Shown: positions 47,060 through 56,126 of the stretch, piece by piece | Layout: every line of letters starts with the position of its first letter | Numbering within the stretch: position 1 is the first letter of the stretch | Source: Bacteroidota bacterium | Lineage (GTDB): Bacteria; Bacteroidota; Bacteroidia; Bacteroidales; FEN-979 | Length of the DNA: 64,000 bases | Assembly: GCA_026391835.1 (NCBI GenBank) | Contig: JAPLDF010000042.1 | Coordinates: 552 to 64,551 of the forward strand | Direction: 5' to 3' | Program-made: the position numbers and the translations under genes | The notes under the pieces: model-generated | The model's input: only the letters and a program-made list of their open reading frames with translations | Database searches by the model: none | Told to the model about the DNA's origin: nothing

Positions 47060-47803
47060 TTAGTGTTTAACGATCAGCTTTTTAGTCTGGCTGATTTTCC
47101 CATCAACCAACAGCGAACAAAAATAAATTCCGTCATTCAGGTTAATGGCGTCAATTGTGACTTTGCCGCTGGCAGTAGCAGGCGACAGTGTCTGCATCGT
47201 TGAGCCGAGAAGATCGCGGACCAGGATTGTTCCCTGCGAGCCTGCAGGTATTGAATAGCTGCAGGTGGCGTTTGCGGAAGCAGGATTCGGATAGACATTT
47301 GAAAGCGAACTCTGCCTGGCAGCAGTTTCGTCAACTCCCAAAGGATATGAGGTGTATTTAACTGTCACGCTTGCCGAATCGTTCACATTTGACCTGTCAT
47401 AGAATACCCAGCGTACAACACTTTCACCAGGTTTAAAATGATGGAAGGCAATTTGCGTATAATGGCCGACAAATTCATTGTTGGTCAGTCCGGCGCCGAT
47501 GGCCTGGGAATACGGGGAGATGTTGGTGGAGGCCGGGTAGCAACCACCTGCCCAGCACATGGTAATTTCGGTAGAATCGAGCATGGTCAGTTCGACTTTT
47601 TTACATAACACATCAACCGAACTGCCACTGGTGTTTGTGACATTGAAATAGGTGATGAGTTCAGCGCTGTCGGGTGATCCTTCCTGAATCATAATGGCGT
47701 TTGGCGCAATCGTTCCATGAATGTTGGAGATGGAAAGGCTTTGTGAATAGCCATACACAAGAACTATTGAAAATAAACAAAAGGAGAGTAACAGTCTTTT
47801 CAT
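47060..47803 (-). CDS. Small T9SS cargo protein of unknown function
   Basis: Signal peptide. The C-terminus VYPNPASANATCSYSIP…LNDGIYFCSLLVDGKISQTKKLIVKH is a T9SS CTD pattern. Confidence 0.75.
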   Translation of the reverse strand: MKRLLLSFCLFSIVLVYGYSQSLSISNIHGTIAPNAIMIQEGSPDSAELITYFNVTNTSGSSVDVLCKKVELTMLDSTEITMCWAGGCYPASTNISPYSQAIGAGLTNNEFVGHYTQIAFHHFKPGESVVRWVFYDRSNVNDSASVTVKYTSYPLGVDETAARQSSLSNVYPNPASANATCSYSIPAGSQGTILVRDLLGSTMQTLSPATASGKVTIDAINLNDGIYFCSLLVDGKISQTKKLIVKH

Positions 47804-47835
47804 ATCAGTTTCTTTTAATGGTCGGGGTTATTGTG

Positions 47836-47843
47836 CAAATTTA
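47836..47843 (-). promoter_or_regulatory. Candidate -7 box TAAATTTG for the 47803 (-) gene
   Basis: The plus-strand caaattta is the reverse complement of TAAATTTG, 33 nt upstream of the ATG. Confidence 0.4.
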
Positions 47844-47885
47844 CAAATTTTTTATTTGCAGAATTAATCTGCCCATAATATTTGT

Positions 47886-47893
47886 TATATTTG
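47886..47893 (+). promoter_or_regulatory. Candidate -7 box TATATTTG for the 47921 (+) gene
   Basis: Exact TAnnTTTG match, 28 nt upstream of the ATG. Confidence 0.45.
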
Positions 47894-47920
47894 TAATGGT
47901 CAAACTCTAAAATAGAAATT

Positions 47921-49615
47921 ATGAAAAGAATATTACTCTTTATCCCATTGTTCGCCAGCCTCTGTTTGGGGTATAGCCAAACACAGCGCCTGGTTATGCT
48001 GGAGGAGTTCACCTCGGCAACCTGTGGCCCCTGCGTCAGCAAGAACTCGCAGTTTCATACCTGGCAGACACAGTATCCCGAAAAATTCACCTCCATCTAT
48101 TATCATGTGAACTGGCCTGCGGCAGGCGATCCCATGAATCTCGCCAATCCCGGCGAAACTGCGGCAAGGGTAAGTTACTACATGAGCCCGACCAACATGT
48201 ATGTCCCATATTCTGTTCTTGACGGGAACTACTACAATGGCAGTGCCGGCGGATGGAACATGTCAACGATCGATGCAAGGCTGGCAGTCCCCTCCCCTTT
48301 TGAAATCCAGTTGAAACATGAAGTTTCAGCCGGCCAGGATACAATTTTTTCAACCATGCTTGTTAAATGCACACAGGATGTTGCTGCAAGTATGACAGCC
48401 CACAACGTGATCATAGAGAAATGGGTCCACTTTACTTCGGCTCCCTGTGCCAGTTCAAACGGAGAGCGGGACTTTTACAATGTGATGAAGAAGATGATTC
48501 CTGGTTCCACAGGTACCACCCTTCCTACATCCATGGTTGCCGGTGATTATGTATTGCTCGAAGGGGTGTGGAAAGCTGGCCTGGTATATGATTTTTCGCA
48601 AATTGCTTCCATCGGATTTGTCCAGGACAAGAGTACCAAGGAGATCTACCAGACGGCAAACAGCTCGGCAAACGCATTGACCCTTCCTTATAATACCGAC
48701 GTGCAGATTGTGGAGGTGCAGAATGTTCTTCCGAAAACCTGCAAAAACAAGATTTCGCCTTCGGTGAAAATAAGGAACAACGGGAACAATGCCATCACCA
48801 GCGTGACCATCAGGTACAAAGTTAATGATGGCACCGTTAACAGCTATACATGGAATGGCTCACTGGCAAGTATGCATAAGGTTGTTGTTTCGCTTCCCGA
48901 ATATGCCTACGATATTCTTTCACAGAATGTCCTGACAGTTTTTTCCACGAACCCGAACAACATATCGGACCAGTATCCGAAAAATGACACGTTGAAATTC
49001 AACTTCACTTCAGCCCCGGTTTCGACCAGCCAGGTGAAAATCTCATTGAGAACTGACAATAAACCGGACGAAACAACCTGGGAGATAAGGAACTCCCTGA
49101 ATGTGGTTGTATTCAGTGGCGGGCCATATGCAGAAGCCAACAAGTTGTACCAGCAAACCGTCACCCTGCCCCAGGCTGATTGTTACTCCTATACCATCAA
49201 CGATTCCGGAGGTGATGGTATTTGCTGCAGCAATGGAAACGGAGGCTATGAAGTTTCTTCAAATGGAACCATCATCAAACAAGGCGGGTCGTTCGGATCC
49301 AGCGAATCCTGTGAGTTCTGGATGGAGGCCCCGGTATCTGTCATGGAAACCAGCAGCAACAATCCATTGATCGTATATCCCAACCCTGTTGATGGTTCTT
49401 CAAAAGTTTCATTCTTCATGAACCACAGCAACGAAGCAAGAATTAATATCTACAGTGCTTTCGGACAGCTGGTGAGCACCCGTTCACTTGGATTCATCAA
49501 TGCCGGGCAGCATGAAACCATGCTTGACGGGCAAAATTTCAAGCCAGGGGTGTATATACTTCAGCTTCATACAGGTTCGGAGGTTTATTCCCGGAAAGTT
49601 TCAATAATCCGTTAA
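47921..49615 (+). CDS. T9SS cargo protein: Omp28-related thioredoxin-fold N-terminal domain, a GDG-CC module and a C-terminal sorting domain
   Basis: Signal peptide. Motifs MLEEFTSATCGPC, TDNKPDETTWEIRN…INDSGGDGICCSNGNGGYEV and VYPNPVDGSSKVSFF…KPGVYILQLHTGSEVYSRKVSII. Confidence 0.75.
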   Translation: MKRILLFIPLFASLCLGYSQTQRLVMLEEFTSATCGPCVSKNSQFHTWQTQYPEKFTSIYYHVNWPAAGDPMNLANPGETAARVSYYMSPTNMYVPYSVLDGNYYNGSAGGWNMSTIDARLAVPSPFEIQLKHEVSAGQDTIFSTMLVKCTQDVAASMTAHNVIIEKWVHFTSAPCASSNGERDFYNVMKKMIPGSTGTTLPTSMVAGDYVLLEGVWKAGLVYDFSQIASIGFVQDKSTKEIYQTANSSANALTLPYNTDVQIVEVQNVLPKTCKNKISPSVKIRNNGNNAITSVTIRYKVNDGTVNSYTWNGSLASMHKVVVSLPEYAYDILSQNVLTVFSTNPNNISDQYPKNDTLKFNFTSAPVSTSQVKISLRTDNKPDETTWEIRNSLNVVVFSGGPYAEANKLYQQTVTLPQADCYSYTINDSGGDGICCSNGNGGYEVSSNGTIIKQGGSFGSSESCEFWMEAPVSVMETSSNNPLIVYPNPVDGSSKVSFFMNHSNEARINIYSAFGQLVSTRSLGFINAGQHETMLDGQNFKPGVYILQLHTGSEVYSRKVSIIR

Positions 49616-49616
49616 T

Positions 49617-50681
49617 TTATTCATTGTGCGGAAGCCTGATTTCCAGGGCACCAACACCATATTTTGACATGGGGGCATCGAAGAACTCGATGCCCTCCTG
49701 TTTTTTAAGCAACTCGATGAGATTGGTGCGTAATACTCCGTTCCCAACCCCATGGATAAAAACCACTTTAAGGAAATGGTTCGCAATTGCGCTATCGAGG
49801 CATTTCAGGAAAAAGCTTTTCTGGAATTCAAGGATTTCTGATTTCTCAAGGTTTGCCGGATCATCAACCAGTTCGTGAATATGAAGGTCAACAACCGCTT
49901 CACGCGGGGCAACCTGGTATTTGACAATCAGCGGGGCGGTTTCCGGCTTCTGCTGATCAGGTTTACCGGTATTGTTCGCATCCTGCTCTGCCGACTGGAA
50001 ATACTCGGTTAGCGATAGTACCCTAACCACGATACCCCTGGCCTGTATGACAGAATTGTCGCGATAGTTTCCTTCCTTAAAAAACTTCTTTCCCTCAACC
50101 CGGAACTCGGAATTGAAAGGCGGAAGCAGCGACTGGCATTGCTCCTTATGAAAAAGGAATTGCATGCAGCCGTCGGTCCAATGTGTCAGCTGCTCCCGGT
50201 TAATGGTATTAATAAGCAGTTTTGAGTCAGGAAATATGCTGCCATAATCAACCCCGGTATAATGGCCGAGGGGTGTTTTACTGAAAATATTGTACAGGAT
50301 ATCGTAGGAACTGTTGTTGACAAGGAATACGTCGAGGTTCCCTGTAACCAGCCATTTTTGATCATGCGGGACAAATGCAAGGTAAATGTCTTCCGATTTG
50401 CGGTCGATGGCAAGGTGAGAAGGAAGTTGAACCAGCCTGTCGTCGCCGGGTTCGGGAGCCTCTTCAGGTTGTGGAGGTATGTCAATGTTGTAATGCTCTT
50501 CAAAAAACCGGCCGGCCGGATCTTTTGCATCGATTTTTATCAATTCACTGATCATCGTCGGGATTTCGAAACCATCCTCGATCATAATACTTACCATGCG
50601 GGTGTCTATCACTTTCGTAACGATTCCACCGCCGGAAGCATTCAGGAATTTTACTTTATCGCCAATTTGGAGGGTGCTCAT
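49617..50681 (-). CDS. Smr (MutS2 C-terminal-like) domain protein with a DUF2027-like N-terminal region
   Basis: 354 aa. The C-terminal segment VDLHIHELV…VVFIHGVGNGVLRTNLIELLK is an Smr pattern. Confidence 0.7.
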   Translation of the reverse strand: MSTLQIGDKVKFLNASGGGIVTKVIDTRMVSIMIEDGFEIPTMISELIKIDAKDPAGRFFEEHYNIDIPPQPEEAPEPGDDRLVQLPSHLAIDRKSEDIYLAFVPHDQKWLVTGNLDVFLVNNSSYDILYNIFSKTPLGHYTGVDYGSIFPDSKLLINTINREQLTHWTDGCMQFLFHKEQCQSLLPPFNSEFRVEGKKFFKEGNYRDNSVIQARGIVVRVLSLTEYFQSAEQDANNTGKPDQQKPETAPLIVKYQVAPREAVVDLHIHELVDDPANLEKSEILEFQKSFFLKCLDSAIANHFLKVVFIHGVGNGVLRTNLIELLKKQEGIEFFDAPMSKYGVGALEIRLPHNE

Positions 50682-50710
50682 GGGTTAGGTTTTAGGTGGA
50701 CATGTTAACG

Positions 50711-50766
50711 GGCGGACAGGCGGACGGGCGGACAGGCGGACGGGCGGACGGGCGGACAGGCGGACA
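50711..50766 (+). repeat. 7 tandem GGCGGACR octamers, 30 nt upstream of the Smr gene start
   Basis: GGCGGACA GGCGGACG GGCGGACA GGCGGACG GGCGGACG GGCGGACA GGCGGACA, read directly. Confidence 0.95.
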
Positions 50767-50799
50767 GGTCGTTGTGAAACATATATTTTTTTCAGACGG

Positions 50800-50807
50800 C
50801 AAAGGTA
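50800..50807 (-). promoter_or_regulatory. Candidate -7 box TACCTTTG for the Smr gene, placing the octamer array in its 5' UTR
   Basis: The plus-strand caaaggta is the reverse complement of TACCTTTG, about 119 nt upstream of ATG 50681. Confidence 0.3.
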
Positions 50808-51013
50808 GTCTATATTTTAGTTTTAACTTTTCAGTGCTTTCCGCGTCAGGAACCATACCCGGATTATGCCTGTCCGTTCAACACTCCTCTCGTTCACACG
50901 CCTGCCGTATATTACTCATTTTAAATAAGATAACACCACATCCAGATATGATAAAGTTTGAATATCAAAAAAAGTAGTAACTTGCGCCCAGTATTAACCA
51001 AAAAATTGTCATT

Positions 51014-52258
51014 ATGAGGAGATTTACAACCCTGCTGCTATTCTTATGTCTGGCAGCAACCACATCGTTCGGAGGTGGGTACCAGGTAGGCTTGCACAGT
51101 GTACGCAACACCGGCATGGGACTTATCGGAACATCGCTGAGCTATGATGCCAGCAGTTTATTTTTCAATCCGGGCGGCGCAGCATTTGTCAATGAAAAGT
51201 GGAGTTTTTCGGGAGGCGTCAGCCTTATTTTTGCCAGGGGAACATTCCAGGCAAAGGATGTGAACTACCAGGCCACGTTAAAACATGAACTCAACACACC
51301 ATTCTATTTTTATGCAGCTTTTAAACCTACCAAAAATCTCAGCGTAGGTATTGCAGTGAATGCACCTTATGGAAACAGGCTTGCCTGGAAGGATGATGCC
51401 GGTGAAAACTGGCAGGGACGTTATCTTATCAAGGATATTTCGTTCAAAGCGATCACATACCAGCCAACCGTTTCCTACAAATTCAAAGAAATTTTCGGTG
51501 TCGGCGTTGGCCTTGTTTATGCAACAGGGACAGTTGACATGAATAAATCAATCTCCGCACAGGGGGTAACCGGCGACGGTTCAGTAAACATCAAAGGAAA
51601 TACCAGTAATTTCGGCTTCAACGCCGGCATCATGGTCCATCCTGACAAGGGCTGGAGCCTGGGACTTGACTACCGTTCCAAAATTGAAATGAAGGTGAAG
51701 GGCGCCGACGCCAACTTCACGGTGGCACCATCTCTCAGCGGGAACTTTCCCGCCAACAACAAGGTGGATGTAATGTTGCCCCTGCCTGCCAACCTTGACT
51801 TTGGCGCTTCCTATGAATTCGGGAAGAACAAACAGTGGATGGTCGGGTTGAACCTGTGCTATGTATTCTGGAGCACCTATGATTCGCTTGTTTTTGATTT
51901 CGAGACAAAAACTGCCGCTGTCAGCCGCACGGCAACTCCTGCGTTGTACACTGACCAGATGATTGTCCGCGTTGGCGCCCAATATAAAATCAGCAAGGCC
52001 ATTATCATCAGGGCGGGTGGCTATTATGATCCGTCGCCTGTAAAGAACGATTACCTGAACCCCCAGACACCGAGTCTCACGGAAGTCGGCGTTACATGCG
52101 GGCTCTCTGTAAATCCCTTCAAAGGATTCAGCATCGATGCAGCCTTCCTTTACCTGATGGGCGCTAAAAGAGACGGAACCTATTCTCCCGAGAATTTTGC
52201 CGGTACATACCGCACAGGTTTCAGTATCCCGGGGATTGGTTTATCTTACAGTTTTTAA
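51014..52258 (+). CDS. Outer-membrane transport protein, FadL/OmpP1/TodX family
   Basis: 414 aa with a signal peptide. GGGYQVGLHSVRNTGMGL at the N-terminus, beta-barrel periodicity and a C-terminal GIGLSYSF. Confidence 0.8.
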   Translation: MRRFTTLLLFLCLAATTSFGGGYQVGLHSVRNTGMGLIGTSLSYDASSLFFNPGGAAFVNEKWSFSGGVSLIFARGTFQAKDVNYQATLKHELNTPFYFYAAFKPTKNLSVGIAVNAPYGNRLAWKDDAGENWQGRYLIKDISFKAITYQPTVSYKFKEIFGVGVGLVYATGTVDMNKSISAQGVTGDGSVNIKGNTSNFGFNAGIMVHPDKGWSLGLDYRSKIEMKVKGADANFTVAPSLSGNFPANNKVDVMLPLPANLDFGASYEFGKNKQWMVGLNLCYVFWSTYDSLVFDFETKTAAVSRTATPALYTDQMIVRVGAQYKISKAIIIRAGGYYDPSPVKNDYLNPQTPSLTEVGVTCGLSVNPFKGFSIDAAFLYLMGAKRDGTYSPENFAGTYRTGFSIPGIGLSYSF

Positions 52259-52278
52259 CTTTTAAATATATACAGATT

Positions 52279-53679
52279 ATGAAAAAAATACTTTTCATTT
52301 TAATGTCCCTTGCGATCCTGTCGGCCTGTGAGCGGAAAATTGACGAATTCAAAGCGTCGGCCAACGGACTGGACCTGTCAAATTTTGTTTCAGTCGGAAA
52401 TTCACTGACTGCCGGTTATGCCGATGGCGCCCTTTACCTGTCGGGCCAGCAGAATTCCATTCCAAACATCATGGCCACCCAGTTTAAAACCGTTGGTGGC
52501 GGAGAATTCAGGCAACCACTGATCGGGACCGAAGAAGGTGTAGGTTTTCAGCCTGTTCCGGGTGGCCTTTACTGTTATACAAAAAGGGTGCTTTATTTCA
52601 CAGATGACCTTGACTGCGCCGGTGTTCCTGTGGTTCCCGAAACCAAATCGTTCAAACCCGGTTTTGTTTCCAATCCTGAACAATCTACCCTGATCCAGCA
52701 GTTATATGCCCCTCCCACAGTGGCAGGTCCTTACAACAACATGGGTGTTCCGGGTGCTACCGTGCAGACACTGTTCTATCCTGGCTATGGCTCTTCACTG
52801 GGGAACCCCTATTTTGCACGTTTTGCCACATCACCGCTGGCGACTATCATGCATGATGCCGTGGTGCAGCAGCCTTCATTTTTCTATCTGTGGATCGGGA
52901 ACAATGACGTTCTCGCCTCGGCACTTGCTGGAACAGATGCACTGCTCACTTCGCTGCCTGTATTTACGCAATTTTACACCATGGCAGTTGACTCATTGCT
53001 GGCTTCCGGTAAAAACCCCAAAGGCATCGTTGCAAACATTCCTGATGTTACCAGCATTCCTTTCTTTACAACCATTTCACAGAAACTTCCATGGAACGGC
53101 GTCCTGCTCGATTCAGCACAGGCAGCAGGTTTAAACCAGTTATACTCCCTGTATGGCCATTCTGATATCAAGTGGAAAAAAGGGCAGAATCCTTTTGTTT
53201 ATACAAAAACTGACGGAACTTGGGCCCAGATGCATGCAGGCGACCTGTTTTTATTAACCATGCCAACCGATTCAGTCAAATGCAAAGGCATGGGTATTGC
53301 CGACCAGAGCATTCAGCCTATTCCCCGCCCTTACCCCATCCCTGGCAAATTTGTTCTCGATGGAGCCGAACAGGCAAACATCAAGGCCCGTCTTGACGAA
53401 TTCAATACAGTTATATATAATGTTGCTGCAAGCAGGAATCTTGCATTTGCAGATATGAATACCTACCTCAGGAAATTTGCCAGCGGTATGGTGTTCGACG
53501 GGATCAAGATGAATACTTCGTTTATATCCGGCGGTTTGTTCTCAACCGACGGGGTGCATTTGAATCCCAGAGGCAATTGTGTTACTGCCAACTTTTTCAT
53601 CCAGGCCATCAACACCAAATACGGCTCGAGCATACCGCAGGCCAGTGTGACCAACTACACGGGACTGGTGTTCCCGTAA
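52279..53679 (+). CDS. SGNH/GDSL-family hydrolase lipoprotein
   Basis: Lipobox LAILSAC. Block I VSVGNSLTAGY, block III GNNDVL, block V DGVHLNPRG. Confidence 0.8.
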   Translation: MKKILFILMSLAILSACERKIDEFKASANGLDLSNFVSVGNSLTAGYADGALYLSGQQNSIPNIMATQFKTVGGGEFRQPLIGTEEGVGFQPVPGGLYCYTKRVLYFTDDLDCAGVPVVPETKSFKPGFVSNPEQSTLIQQLYAPPTVAGPYNNMGVPGATVQTLFYPGYGSSLGNPYFARFATSPLATIMHDAVVQQPSFFYLWIGNNDVLASALAGTDALLTSLPVFTQFYTMAVDSLLASGKNPKGIVANIPDVTSIPFFTTISQKLPWNGVLLDSAQAAGLNQLYSLYGHSDIKWKKGQNPFVYTKTDGTWAQMHAGDLFLLTMPTDSVKCKGMGIADQSIQPIPRPYPIPGKFVLDGAEQANIKARLDEFNTVIYNVAASRNLAFADMNTYLRKFASGMVFDGIKMNTSFISGGLFSTDGVHLNPRGNCVTANFFIQAINTKYGSSIPQASVTNYTGLVFP

Positions 53680-53700
53680 CCTTAAATTAATGAATCAGTG

Positions 53701-53740
53701 AAATGGCGAAATAGATTTTATTTCGCCATTTTGCTTTTTT
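53701..53740 (+). terminator. Perfect 13-bp hairpin plus T-tract between convergent genes (overlaps the rdgB stop)
   Basis: AAATGGCGAAATA (53701-53713) / loop gattt / TATTTCGCCATTT (53719-53731), followed by tgctttttt. Confidence 0.7.
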
Positions 53741-54311
53741 GCCATTTTACCATTTTATCAATGGCCCTCCCCCGGTGGCTTATCCCGTTTTTGAGGTAGG
53801 CGGGCATCGCGGCAAAGGTTTGACGATGGCCATCGGGCCTGAATACAGGATCATACCCAAAACCATCCGCACCTTCCTTTTCGGTTGTAATCACCCCGTC
53901 GATCCTGCCTTCAAAAAGTTGTTCCGCCCCATCCATGATCAGGCAGATGACACAGCGAAAGCAGGCTTTGCGGTTCTCAATTCCTTCCAATTCACGGAGA
54001 ATTTTGGTTACATTGTCATCAAAACTACAGCCTTCGCCGGCATAGCGCGCCGAATAAACACCCGGGCGGCCCTCAAGGGCCTCGATCTCCAGCCCGGTAT
54101 CATCGGCAAAACAGTTCAACCCGGTAATTCCGTGGATAAACCGGGCTTTCTGGACGGCATTTCCTTCAATTGTTTCCTGGGTTTCGGGGATGTCAACATC
54201 CAGGTTCACGTCTTTCAGGCTGAGAATTTGAAGATCATTCCCCATAATCTCCTGAACTTCACGAAGTTTATGGGTATTGTTGGTGGCGAAGAGGAGGTTG
54301 GGCATGATCAA
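53718..54311 (-). CDS. rdgB: Non-canonical purine NTP pyrophosphatase (RdgB/HAM1 family)
   Basis: 197 aa. LLFATNNTHKLREVQEI, FADDTGLEIEAL.GRPGVYSARYAG and FGYDPVF. Confidence 0.85.
   Translation of the reverse strand: MIMPNLLFATNNTHKLREVQEIMGNDLQILSLKDVNLDVDIPETQETIEGNAVQKARFIHGITGLNCFADDTGLEIEALEGRPGVYSARYAGEGCSFDDNVTKILRELEGIENRKACFRCVICLIMDGAEQLFEGRIDGVITTEKEGADGFGYDPVFRPDGHRQTFAAMPAYLKNGISHRGRAIDKMVKWQKSKMAK
53725..53756. repeat. 4 octamers RCCATTTT (minus AAAATGGY) encoding the last 12 codons of rdgB
   Basis: gccatttt gctttttt gccatttt accatttt. The minus strand translates as KMVKWQKSKMAK-stop. Confidence 0.75.
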
Positions 54312-54339
54312 TTAGCAAAATGGTGAAATGGTTTGTTCC

Positions 54340-55308
54340 TTATAATACTTCCTTCAATAAACGGGTGATGAGTTCCGTGAAACTCCAGCCATGGGCGCGG
54401 GCCATTTTGGGAACAATGCTTGCTTCGGACATACCGGGAACTGTGTTGACTTCGAGGAAGTAAAAGTCTTTTCCGGTATGGATATAATCAAACCGGACAA
54501 CTCCTTTGCAATTCAGCCTTTCATAAAGCATCCCGGAAATTTCGCGGCATTGCGCGGAAGTCCCGGCAGGAATGTCGGCAGGCACAATTTCGTCTGCCAT
54601 CCCCTTTTTGTATTTTGCTTCATAATCGAAATATTCCTTTTTCGGAATGATCTCTGTAACCGGGAAAGTGATGATTTTTCCTTCAGACCTGATCACGCCG
54701 CAGGTGAGTTCGCGCCCCTTGATGAACTCTTCAACAAGGATCTCGGAATCTGCCTCAAACGCTTTGGCCAGGGCAGGGCCGAGCTCTTTTTTCAGATTCA
54801 CCTTCGACATTCCGACACTTGAACCGCCATTGTTAGGCTTTACAAAAACCGGCAGTGCAAGTTCTGCAAGAATACCGGCATCGCTCACCGGCCTGTTGTG
54901 AAACAGGTGCATCGATTTAGCCATGTTAATTCCGCCGGGGCGTACGACATCTTTGCAGAAGCTTTTGTTGAATGTAATCGCGGAGGTGGTTACATCGCAT
55001 GACGTATATGGAATTTCAAGCATATCAAAGTACCCCTGCAACTTCCCGTTTTCACCCGGCGTACCATGAATGGCAACAAACACTGCATCAAACTTTATCT
55101 TCCGTTTACCAATCGTAAGGCTGAAATCATTTTTGTCTACAGGAAATTTCTTTAACCCGATCCGGTAGTTCCAGTTTTTCCCCCTGATCTCAATCAGGTA
55201 TGGGCAAAATTTTGCACGGTCCATATGCAGTTCTACCTGGTTTCCGCTCTTTATGGAAATTCCGTATTCTCCTGAATCCCCTCCTGCAACAATGGCAATA
55301 TTCAACAT
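54340..55308 (-). CDS. ddl: D-alanine--D-alanine ligase
   Basis: MLNIAIVAGGDSGEYGISIKSG…HGTPGENGKLQG…EVNTVPGMS. The start is moved to the internal Met because a TACTTTTG -7 box (55329-55336, minus) lies inside the 18-codon ORF extension. Confidence 0.9.
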   Translation of the reverse strand: MLNIAIVAGGDSGEYGISIKSGNQVELHMDRAKFCPYLIEIRGKNWNYRIGLKKFPVDKNDFSLTIGKRKIKFDAVFVAIHGTPGENGKLQGYFDMLEIPYTSCDVTTSAITFNKSFCKDVVRPGGINMAKSMHLFHNRPVSDAGILAELALPVFVKPNNGGSSVGMSKVNLKKELGPALAKAFEADSEILVEEFIKGRELTCGVIRSEGKIITFPVTEIIPKKEYFDYEAKYKKGMADEIVPADIPAGTSAQCREISGMLYERLNCKGVVRFDYIHTGKDFYFLEVNTVPGMSEASIVPKMARAHGWSFTELITRLLKEVL

Positions 55309-55377
55309 ATGCGTCGGTTTTGATGGTACAAAAGTAGTACAAAAATATTGTGCCTTGCGCAAAATTCAATTTTTCCG

Positions 55378-55385
55378 TAAGTTTG
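55378..55385 (+). promoter_or_regulatory. Candidate -7 box TAAGTTTG upstream of the PASTA gene
   Basis: Exact TAnnTTTG match, 61 nt upstream of ATG 55446. Confidence 0.4.
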
Positions 55386-55445
55386 TAGTTTCTTAAGAAA
55401 CAGACAATAAAACTGACCTTTTCAGGTTATCAGATAAAGCCGCGG

Positions 55446-56033
55446 ATGGATTTTTTAGGATTTCTTTTTTCAAAAAAATTTCTCAGGCATTTCCTCATTG
55501 CCATCGGGATAACGCTGGCCTTAATATGGATTGTATTACAATCACTTGCATGGTATACGAAGCACAATGACTACATCGTTGTTCCCGATTACCGGGGATT
55601 GTCATTTGTTGAAGTACAGTCAAATCCTGAAAATGTCAATTACCAGTTCAATGTGATTGATTCGATTTTTGATGCCGATAAGCCGAAGGGGTCCATTCTG
55701 TCGCAGGATCCGTTCCCGGGGGCGAAAGTCAAGAAAAATCGGATGGTATACTTAACCATCACCTCCATGGTGCCGGAAAAAACAACCATGCCCGAACTGC
55801 GCGACCTTACGTTGCGGCAGGCACAGTCGATGCTGGAATCCGCAGGACTGAAACTTGGGAAATTGTCCTATATAAAATCATTTGATGAAGACGCAGTTCA
55901 AAATCAACTGTTTAAAGGACGAATTATAAAAGCAGGAACCGTGCTTGACAAAGGTTCTGTGATCAACCTGTCTATTGGCATGGGCGCAAAAGCTATGATC
56001 GATTCGCTGAAGGTGGATAGTTTGGAGGAATAG
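55446..56033 (+). CDS. Membrane-anchored PASTA domain protein
   Basis: 195 aa. An N-terminal TM helix is followed by two PASTA-like units (VVPDYRGLSFVEVQ…, MPELRDLTLRQAQSMLESAGLKLG…). Confidence 0.75.
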   Translation: MDFLGFLFSKKFLRHFLIAIGITLALIWIVLQSLAWYTKHNDYIVVPDYRGLSFVEVQSNPENVNYQFNVIDSIFDADKPKGSILSQDPFPGAKVKKNRMVYLTITSMVPEKTTMPELRDLTLRQAQSMLESAGLKLGKLSYIKSFDEDAVQNQLFKGRIIKAGTVLDKGSVINLSIGMGAKAMIDSLKVDSLEE

Positions 56034-56035
56034 AC

Positions 56036-56091
56036 GGGCGGACAAGCGGACAGGCGGACGGGCGGACAGGCGGACAGGCGGACGGGCGGAC
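56036..56091 (+). repeat. 7 tandem GGCGGACR octamers starting 2 nt after the PASTA gene stop
   Basis: GGCGGACA AGCGGACA GGCGGACG GGCGGACA GGCGGACA GGCGGACG GGCGGACG, read directly. Confidence 0.95.
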
Positions 56092-56126
56092 GGATGGTAG
56101 TTATAAAAATTTAAATTGACCTGATA

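Noticed and set aside
50696-50977. A 93-aa ORF (MDMLTGGQADGRTGGRADGRTGG…), and the 92-aa ORF at 42289-42567 on the minus strand.
   Set aside because: Both are products of translating the GGCGGACR arrays. They have no start context and lie in a promoter region or antisense to the ATPase gene.
53739-54326. A 195-aa plus-strand ORF.
   Set aside because: It is antisense to rdgB, which has clear HAM1-family motifs.
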